This document shows positions 53,489-59,579 of a stretch of 59,579 nucleotides of DNA, piece by piece. Each line of letters starts with the position of its first letter. The stretch's first letter is position 1. This DNA is from Acidobacteriota bacterium (GTDB lineage: Bacteria; Acidobacteriota; Vicinamibacteria; Vicinamibacterales; 2-12-FULL-66-21). The stretch is taken from contig JBBWZJ010000297.1 in assembly GCA_039648985.1 (NCBI GenBank), positions 1-59,579 of the forward strand, written 5' to 3'. The translations under genes were made by a program, and so were the position numbers. A model generated the notes under the pieces. It made no database searches. It had not been told where the DNA came from and was given only the letters and a program-made list of their open reading frames with translations.

Positions 53489-54864
53489 GGCTCCCAGGCG
53501 GCGAAGACCATGGCGTAGCGGCGGCGGATGATGCGCATGCGATCGACACCGACGCCCGCCTGGCGCGCCTCGAGCTCGTACCGGCGCAAGGCGTTGTGGG
53601 TCTTGACCGCGGCTTCCTTGAAGTAGTCGTGCCACGAGCGGCAGCTCGCCGAGGCGCGCATCGCCTCGGCGCGGCCGTCCCAGAGCGCAAACCACCCGCG
53701 TTCCGCGGCCGGGGAGCCGTCCTCCGCGCCGCACGACGCATGGAATCGTTTCCAGTTGGCGTCCACCGCGTCAGCCTGCTGCCCGAGCACCCGCAGATTC
53801 TCGGCGTACTCGCGCATGCCGTCCTCGCGCTGCCGGTCGGCGTCCGTTTTCGGGACGAACCGCGGACCCAGCATCCGCGGGACGTAGTCGATGGACACGG
53901 CGAAGGCGAGCGAGTCCACCCCGCGCGTCACGAGCTTCATCGTGTTCACGCCGAGCACGCGACCGTACCGATCGAGCAGCGGCCCGCCGCTGTTGCCTGG
54001 ATTGATGGCCGCGTCGGTCTGGATCATCCGGACGCCGTCCACTTCGCGCATGCCGCTGACAATGCCCCGCGTAACGGTGTTGGCGAGGCCGAGCGGCGAT
54101 CCGATGGCGACGACCTCCGCTCCTATGTGCACGTCCGACGCGCCCGCGAGCGGCAGCACGATCTGGTCGAGGTCCGGAAGGTCCACGTCGAGGATCGCGA
54201 GATCGATTTGGTCGGCCATGTCGCTCACCCGCGCGACCCGGGAATAGCCGCCGGCCCGCTTGAGCGTGACGGTGTCGCTCCCCCTGACCACGTGCGCGTT
54301 GGTGATGACCGTCCCCGGTGCCACGAAGAATCCGCTGCCCAGACCATCGCGCGTCTGCACGGTGACGACAGCGGGCATTGCACGCGTCACGAGGTCCTCC
54401 GTCGAGAGCAGCACCATCGGCTCCGCCTTGATGGCGGCGGCTTCGGGCAGCGCCGGCGGCGGCTCGGCATCGAGCGGCGGGAGCTCGGGAAGAGTAGGTT
54501 GCGACATGGGTACGCGCGCCGCGATGGCAGCGGGAGAGGGCGGGGGCGGTTGTGGATGCGGGGTCGGTCCCCCCGCCAGTGAGAATCCTGCCACCACGAC
54601 GACGACAGCGGCCGCGAGTCCGAGAAGGACGGTGCGGCTGGCCCCGGGCCGCGCTCGTTCGCGTGGCGCCCGTGCAAACGCCAGTGCTTCCTGGATCTCC
54701 GCGGGCAGAGCAGGCGATGCGGCTGGGGCGTCGGCGGGCTGGGCGTCTGCCGGCCGCGCGTCCACCGGCTGGGCGTCCCCTCTCGGAGACCCGCACCGGC
54801 ACACGTTCAGCCTGTTGGGTACGCTACGCGCACACTGCCGGCACACCCAGACGAATTGGGTCAT
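53485..54864 (-). CDS. membrane-anchored trypsin-like (S1C/HtrA-type) serine protease with N-terminal zinc ribbon and unknown C-domain, no PDZ
   Basis: It has CRQCARSV...CRCG, a Pro/Ala-rich linker and a TM helix (VLLGLAAAVVVVVAGF). The protease motifs are TNAHVV (His), DLAILDV (Asp) and GNSGGPLL (Ser). The ~130-aa C-terminal region has conserved Cys/Trp and I recognise no family. Confidence 0.85.
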   Translation of the reverse strand: MTQFVWVCRQCARSVPNRLNVCRCGSPRGDAQPVDARPADAQPADAPAASPALPAEIQEALAFARAPRERARPGASRTVLLGLAAAVVVVVAGFSLAGGPTPHPQPPPPSPAAIAARVPMSQPTLPELPPLDAEPPPALPEAAAIKAEPMVLLSTEDLVTRAMPAVVTVQTRDGLGSGFFVAPGTVITNAHVVRGSDTVTLKRAGGYSRVARVSDMADQIDLAILDVDLPDLDQIVLPLAGASDVHIGAEVVAIGSPLGLANTVTRGIVSGMREVDGVRMIQTDAAINPGNSGGPLLDRYGRVLGVNTMKLVTRGVDSLAFAVSIDYVPRMLGPRFVPKTDADRQREDGMREYAENLRVLGQQADAVDANWKRFHASCGAEDGSPAAERGWFALWDGRAEAMRASASCRSWHDYFKEAAVKTHNALRRYELEARQAGVGVDRMRIIRRRYAMVFAAWEP

Positions 54865-55170
54865 GTATCAGGTTGTCGGGGGGAGCGGTCGTATTGTGGC
54901 GCACCCCGGCCGTAAGATCAAGCGCGTGCAGTTGCGGGCATCGACCTCCTTTGACGCGAACTCCTCGAATCCCTCGACCTGAGCCATTGCCCTCGGGTCA
55001 CCCCGGTGCTAACGTGTGCGTCCTGTCAACGGTTGTCGTCGCTTCGTGAATCCGTTCCTGAAATCGGGCACCGAATGGCTGATTGCGGCCGAGACGGCGT
55101 TCATGCCCCAGGCTGCTCCACCAGCAAAGTGAGCTGCCCCGCTGCGAACCCGCATTTCCTGAGGAGCCCC

Positions 55171-55866
55171 ATGGCCAGAACTCGATTCATCGGTGTCGTC
55201 GCCCTCTTCCTGGCCATGTTTCACATGGGACCGATCGGCAACGTTTGGGCTCAGCCGCCTGCCACCGCCGCACACGAGCACCTGACGGACATCGCCTGCG
55301 TCGACGTGCTCCCCGGCGAGAAGCGACCGGAGTTTGGCTGCTTCAACGTCGGCGCGGTCACCGGACTTCATTTCAGTGAAGCATCCGTGTACTGGCATCT
55401 GCGCGCGTTTCCCGACAGGAAATCTGCCGAGGCGGCGAAGAGCGCGACAGGAATCGTCGTGGAGGAAGACGGGCGGGTGTGGCTCTCCGAGTTCGGGGTG
55501 CGCGACAGTGCCCCGCACGCAGGGGAACCCATCGCCGTCGTCGGGCCTCTGCAGCTTCCCCCGGCAAAGAGCTACGCGGCGGTGCTCTCGTACGCCGTCA
55601 TGCGGCCTGGAGACAGGTCGAGGGTGCATACACATCCGGGTCCCGAAGGCTGGTACGTGCTGGCGGGAGAGCAGTGTCTGGAGACTCCCGCGGGCGCTGA
55701 CAGGGCTCGCGCGGGAGGGACCATGGCGGTGCGATCGGGTATTCCCATGGAGCTGAGCGTCACCGGCACGATGGTTCGGCGCGCCTTCGCCCTGGTAATC
55801 CATGACGCGGCTCAGGAGAGGGGCACACGCTCCGACTGGAAACCCTCAGGAGCCTGTACTCACTAG
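55171..55866 (+). CDS. secreted cupin-domain protein
   Basis: GAGGAG lies 4 nt before ATG 55171 (MARTRFIGVVALFLAMF). The cupin motif is RVHTHPGPEGWYVLAGE...GGTMAV. Confidence 0.75.
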   Translation: MARTRFIGVVALFLAMFHMGPIGNVWAQPPATAAHEHLTDIACVDVLPGEKRPEFGCFNVGAVTGLHFSEASVYWHLRAFPDRKSAEAAKSATGIVVEEDGRVWLSEFGVRDSAPHAGEPIAVVGPLQLPPAKSYAAVLSYAVMRPGDRSRVHTHPGPEGWYVLAGEQCLETPAGADRARAGGTMAVRSGIPMELSVTGTMVRRAFALVIHDAAQERGTRSDWKPSGACTH

Positions 55867-55994
55867 CAGCCACCGGGTTTACTGATCCCGCGAGCCGGGT
55901 AACTGCAGAGTTTGTCGGCCGCGTTACCAATCTTGCGACTTGACGTAACGCAGAAGTCGCCTACCATTCCGTAACTGCGAATGGAGGTGCGATC

Positions 55995-58900
55995 GTGAAA
56001 CGTGTCGTTCTGGAATTTCCCGCGAAGGTCATCGCAATTGCTGTGCTGATGATGGCCTGCGCAGCGCCCGCTGTGTTCGCGCAGGTGCTCTATGGCTCAG
56101 TCGCCGGCACGCTGACGGACGAGAGCGGCGCCGTCGTCCCCAAAGCCGTCGTCACGGTGACGAATACGTCCACCGGGTTGTCGCGCGAGGCGACCACCAC
56201 TGACGATGGCTACTACACGATTCCAAACCTGCCCGAGGGCACCTACGACCTGACCGTCAACGCGGGCGGATTCAAGCCGTACACGCAGAAGAACATCAAC
56301 GTCCCCGTGAACGCGGTGACGCGCGTGAACGCCGTCGTCCAGATCGGCGCGCTCAACGAACAGGTGACCGTCGAAGCCGCCACGACGGCGCTTCAAACGA
56401 CACGGTCTGACGTCAGCGTGAACCTGGATACGCGGGCGATCGAAAACCTGCCGCTTGCGGGCTACCGCAACTTCCAGAGCCTGATCAACCTCGTTCCCGG
56501 TGCGACGCCGGCGCGGTACCAGAACGCCATAACGGATACGCCGGGGCGGGCCCTCTCAACCAACGTCAATGGCCAGGAGCGCGGCGCCAACAACACCCGC
56601 GTGGATGGTTCGGCCGACATCCTGGTCACGATGCCGCATCACGCCGCGTACGTGCCTCCCGCGGAGAGCATCCAGCAGGTCAACATCGCGACCAACAATT
56701 TCGATGCGGAACAGGGGATGACCGGGGGCGCCGCCGTCACCGTGGTCACGAAGTCGGGGACGAACGCCTTCCGCGGCAGCGCGTTTGCGATGCACGACGA
56801 CAGCGCACTGCGGGCGTTCCGATGGACCGAGAACCGCGCCGGTGTCACCCAGAAGCCGAAAGGTCAGCGCAACATCGATGGCGGCAGTCTGGGCGGCCCG
56901 ATCAAGCGGAACAAGTTCTTTTTCTTCACCGACTGGGAAGGCACGTTCGAGCGCGTGAATCATTCGCTTCAGACAACTCTCCCGCCCCCCGACTTCCGTA
57001 CCGGTAACTTCAGCCGGATGCTGGGCGCGAACATCCTCAGCGCGAAGGGCAGCCCCATTCTGGTTCCTACGACCGAAGGTGGCACCACGCCGCTGAGGGA
57101 GGGGATGGTCTTCGATCCGTTCTCCGGCAATCTCAACGGGACGGGGCGCGCGGTCTTCTCGAGCGGCGGGCAGATCAACGTCATCCCGCAGTCGCGTTTG
57201 AATGCCCCGATGATGAAGCTGCTCAATCTGGTCCCGCTGCCGAACCGCAGCGGAGACACGGACAACTTCTTCACGTCGGGCAACACGCCGCTGAACCGCA
57301 ACAACATCGACGCGAAGGTCAACTGGAACCGCAACGAGCGCCACCAGATGTGGTTCAAGTACAGCGTCATGGACGCCCTGGTCAAAGGCGATTTCAGCCT
57401 TGGGCAGGCGGGCGGCCCCTGCATCTGCGGCAGCGGCCTTGGCGCCGGCCACACCCTGGTGCAGATCGGGGGCATGGGGCACACCTATACCGTCACCCCC
57501 AATTTCCTGATTGACGGGACGCTCGGCTGGACCCGATTTGGACAGAACGTCAGACCGCCTGACCTCGGCACCAACTTCGGATCGGACGTACTCGGAATAC
57601 CCGGAACGAACGGGCCCGACCGGCGGGAAAGCGGCATGCCGCCGATGTACATTTCCGGCTACGCGGATCTTGGCAACGACGAGGGCTGGAATCCGCTGTT
57701 CCGCAACGATCAGTCCTACACGTTCAACACGAACGCGAGCTGGAACAAGAACACGCACGACATCCGGTTCGGGTTCGACTTCGTCCATCACCTGATGAAC
57801 CACTGGCAGCCGGAGCTTGGCGAAGGGCCGCGTGGCGCGTTCTACTTCGATCCCGGCGTGACGGCGCTCAATCCGGACGCGCTCGATGCCTCGGTCGGGT
57901 TCCAGGGCGGCACGCCGTCGTTCGAAAATGACTGGAACGGGCTCGCCGGCTTCCTGCTGGGGACGCCCACTGTTTCAGGGAAGAGCAGCCAGTTCATCAA
58001 GATGGACAGCATGGAGAATCAGTACGCGCTGTTCGCGCGCGACCGCTGGCGCCTGAAGCCGAACCTCACGCTCGACCTCGGACTTCGGTGGGAGCTGTAC
58101 CCGAACCGGCGGCGTTCGGGCGGCCTCGGCATCGAGTCGTACGACCCGAACACCAACGAGGCGTTGATTGGCGGACGGGGAGGCATCCCGCAGGACAACG
58201 GCGTCGGCTACAGCAAGAAGCTGTTCGCCCCGCGCCTGGGCTTTGCGTATCAGGTGACCGACAGCACCGTGATTCGAAGCGGGTACGGCATCACCTACCA
58301 CTCTCACCCGTGGGGCGCGCAGGCGCTGCGCGGATGGTTCCCGCTGACCGTCGTCGCGGTCTTCAACGGCGTGAACGGCTACCAACCGGTGACGACGAGC
58401 CCGGGGTACGTCGCGGCCGGTGTCCCGAACGCGCCGCTCGGTCCCACTGTCGGCATTCCATCGATCTGCTGCCCCGACATCAGCACGGGACGAGTGCCGC
58501 TGCCCCTGGTAGCCGAGACCGGCTACCCGCGGGCCAACGAGGAGCTCCACCGCGGCTACATCCAGTCGTGGAACATGATTATCGAGCGGAGGCTGCCAGC
58601 CGAGTTCGTGGCATCCGTGGGATATGTCGGGTCGGCGTCAGTCAGGGGGTTCGCGTTCCTCGACATCAACGCGTCGCAGACTCCCGGGTCGGGCGATGAA
58701 GGCCGTCCGCTGTTTCAGAAGTTCGGACGCACCACGGCCACCCGCGAATGGGACGGCCGCACCCACAGCATTTACCACTCCCTGCAGACGAGCCTGAATC
58801 GCCGCTTCTCGGGAGGCCTGCTGATCAAAGCCGCTTACACCTTCTCGAAAGCCATCGACGAGGCCACGTACGGCGACTGGACGGAGTTCCTGTGGAATGC

Positions 58901-59498
58901 TCCGAGTGCCTTCTATCGCAATCGTGCCCTGGCGTCGCACGACATCCCGCACAATTTCCAACTCGGGTTCGTGTACGAGCTGCCGTTCGGCAGTTCGAAG
59001 AAGTGGGCGAGCAGCGGGACGAGCGCGGCGATCCTCGGCGGATGGCAGTTGAACGGCATCTTCGCGGCGTATTCAGGCCGTCCGTTCACGCTGACCGCAT
59101 CTGGCTCCTCGCTGAACATGCCCGGCAACCAGCAGACGCCGGACCAGGTGAAGGAGCACGTCGAGATCTTCCACAAGGTTGGCAGCGATGGCACGTGGTT
59201 CGATACCAGCGCCTTCGCGCGCGTCAAAGAGGTTCGCTTCGGCAACGTCGGCCGCAACACGATGCGCGGCCCCGGTGTCGTCAACCTCGACGCGAGCCTC
59301 TTCCGGACGTTCAAGCTGACGGCCGGGACCGACCTGCAATTCCGGGCGGAAGCGTTCAACGTGACGAACACGCCGCACTTCGGGCAGCCGAACAGGAACG
59401 TCAACAGCTCGAACTTCGGGAAGGTGTTGAACATCAACACCGCTGATGCGATGGGGCAGTCCCGCGAGTTCCGCTTCGGTTTGCGCCTGGGCTTCTGA
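55995..59498 (+). CDS. Oar-like TonB-dependent receptor with N-terminal carboxypeptidase-regulatory-like domain
   Basis: GGAGG precedes GTG 55995. After the signal peptide comes VAGTLTDESGAVVPKAVVTVTNTSTGLSREATTTDDGYYTIPNLPEGTYDLTVNAGGF. The long barrel ends in REFRFGLRLGF. It is a paralogue of 41575..44904. Confidence 0.9.
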   Translation: MKRVVLEFPAKVIAIAVLMMACAAPAVFAQVLYGSVAGTLTDESGAVVPKAVVTVTNTSTGLSREATTTDDGYYTIPNLPEGTYDLTVNAGGFKPYTQKNINVPVNAVTRVNAVVQIGALNEQVTVEAATTALQTTRSDVSVNLDTRAIENLPLAGYRNFQSLINLVPGATPARYQNAITDTPGRALSTNVNGQERGANNTRVDGSADILVTMPHHAAYVPPAESIQQVNIATNNFDAEQGMTGGAAVTVVTKSGTNAFRGSAFAMHDDSALRAFRWTENRAGVTQKPKGQRNIDGGSLGGPIKRNKFFFFTDWEGTFERVNHSLQTTLPPPDFRTGNFSRMLGANILSAKGSPILVPTTEGGTTPLREGMVFDPFSGNLNGTGRAVFSSGGQINVIPQSRLNAPMMKLLNLVPLPNRSGDTDNFFTSGNTPLNRNNIDAKVNWNRNERHQMWFKYSVMDALVKGDFSLGQAGGPCICGSGLGAGHTLVQIGGMGHTYTVTPNFLIDGTLGWTRFGQNVRPPDLGTNFGSDVLGIPGTNGPDRRESGMPPMYISGYADLGNDEGWNPLFRNDQSYTFNTNASWNKNTHDIRFGFDFVHHLMNHWQPELGEGPRGAFYFDPGVTALNPDALDASVGFQGGTPSFENDWNGLAGFLLGTPTVSGKSSQFIKMDSMENQYALFARDRWRLKPNLTLDLGLRWELYPNRRRSGGLGIESYDPNTNEALIGGRGGIPQDNGVGYSKKLFAPRLGFAYQVTDSTVIRSGYGITYHSHPWGAQALRGWFPLTVVAVFNGVNGYQPVTTSPGYVAAGVPNAPLGPTVGIPSICCPDISTGRVPLPLVAETGYPRANEELHRGYIQSWNMIIERRLPAEFVASVGYVGSASVRGFAFLDINASQTPGSGDEGRPLFQKFGRTTATREWDGRTHSIYHSLQTSLNRRFSGGLLIKAAYTFSKAIDEATYGDWTEFLWNAPSAFYRNRALASHDIPHNFQLGFVYELPFGSSKKWASSGTSAAILGGWQLNGIFAAYSGRPFTLTASGSSLNMPGNQQTPDQVKEHVEIFHKVGSDGTWFDTSAFARVKEVRFGNVGRNTMRGPGVVNLDASLFRTFKLTAGTDLQFRAEAFNVTNTPHFGQPNRNVNSSNFGKVLNINTADAMGQSREFRFGLRLGF

Positions 59499-59524
59499 TC
59501 GAGCCCACGGCGAGGTGAGAAAGG

Positions 59525-59551
59525 GGCGGGCGCAGATCGTCTGCGCCCGCC
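59525..59551 (+). terminator. perfect 12-bp hairpin downstream of the receptor gene
   Basis: It reads GGCGGGCGCAGA-TCG-TCTGCGCCCGCC, 27 nt after the TGA. There is no U-tract, and it is followed directly by the CCCCGAA array. Confidence 0.5.
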
Positions 59552-59553
59552 TA

Positions 59554-59579
59554 CCCCGAACCCCGAACCCCGAACCCCG
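59554..59579. repeat. heptanucleotide tandem array (CCCCGAA)x3.7, truncated by the window end
   Basis: Read directly. It has the same unit and the same strand orientation as the array at 30614-30669. Confidence 0.9.

Overview
This is a high-GC bacterial chromosomal segment with about 46 protein-coding loci. It has no rRNA, no intact tRNA, no CRISPR array and no recognisable transposase, integrase or phage genes. The gene content points to Acidobacteriota: a duplicated orphan MacB/FtsX permease (ADOP type), two Oar-like CarboxypepD_reg TonB-dependent receptors, PD40 beta-propeller proteins, and a DUF1080 / Gfo-Idh-MocA / FGE cluster. This assignment comes from family knowledge, not from a search. 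Recognisable units:
- a PAS-PAS-GAF hybrid histidine kinase followed by a REC protein and three hypothetical genes
- glgB and mug
- a tetR-tolC-emrA-emrB efflux operon with a perfect palindromic operator candidate
- an ABC-F ATPase and yjcH-actP
- can and apbE
- a TreS-like GH13 enzyme
- a TAT-exported PaoABC-type molybdoenzyme operon
- a serine protease/ankyrin gene pair

I did not find a clear multi-gene novel system such as a defence island. The features the gene models do not explain are:
1. A dispersed family of intergenic 7-8 nt tandem-repeat arrays at seven sites. The same GAACCCC unit occurs at two loci 29 kb apart, and its complement (and the + strand of a separate GGGACTC-type array) has strong G-quadruplex potential.
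2. A single in-frame TAA splitting the catalytic subunit of the Pao-type oxidoreductase.
3. An orphan tRNA 3' half at the left edge.
4. A TolB-like PD40 propeller fused to a TonB C-terminal domain, divergent from a TonB-dependent receptor.
5. An unannotated 45-codon basic ORF with a consensus Shine-Dalgarno.
6. Several unusual domain fusions.

Many long ORFs in the track are antisense or out-of-frame artefacts of the GC-rich composition and were rejected.
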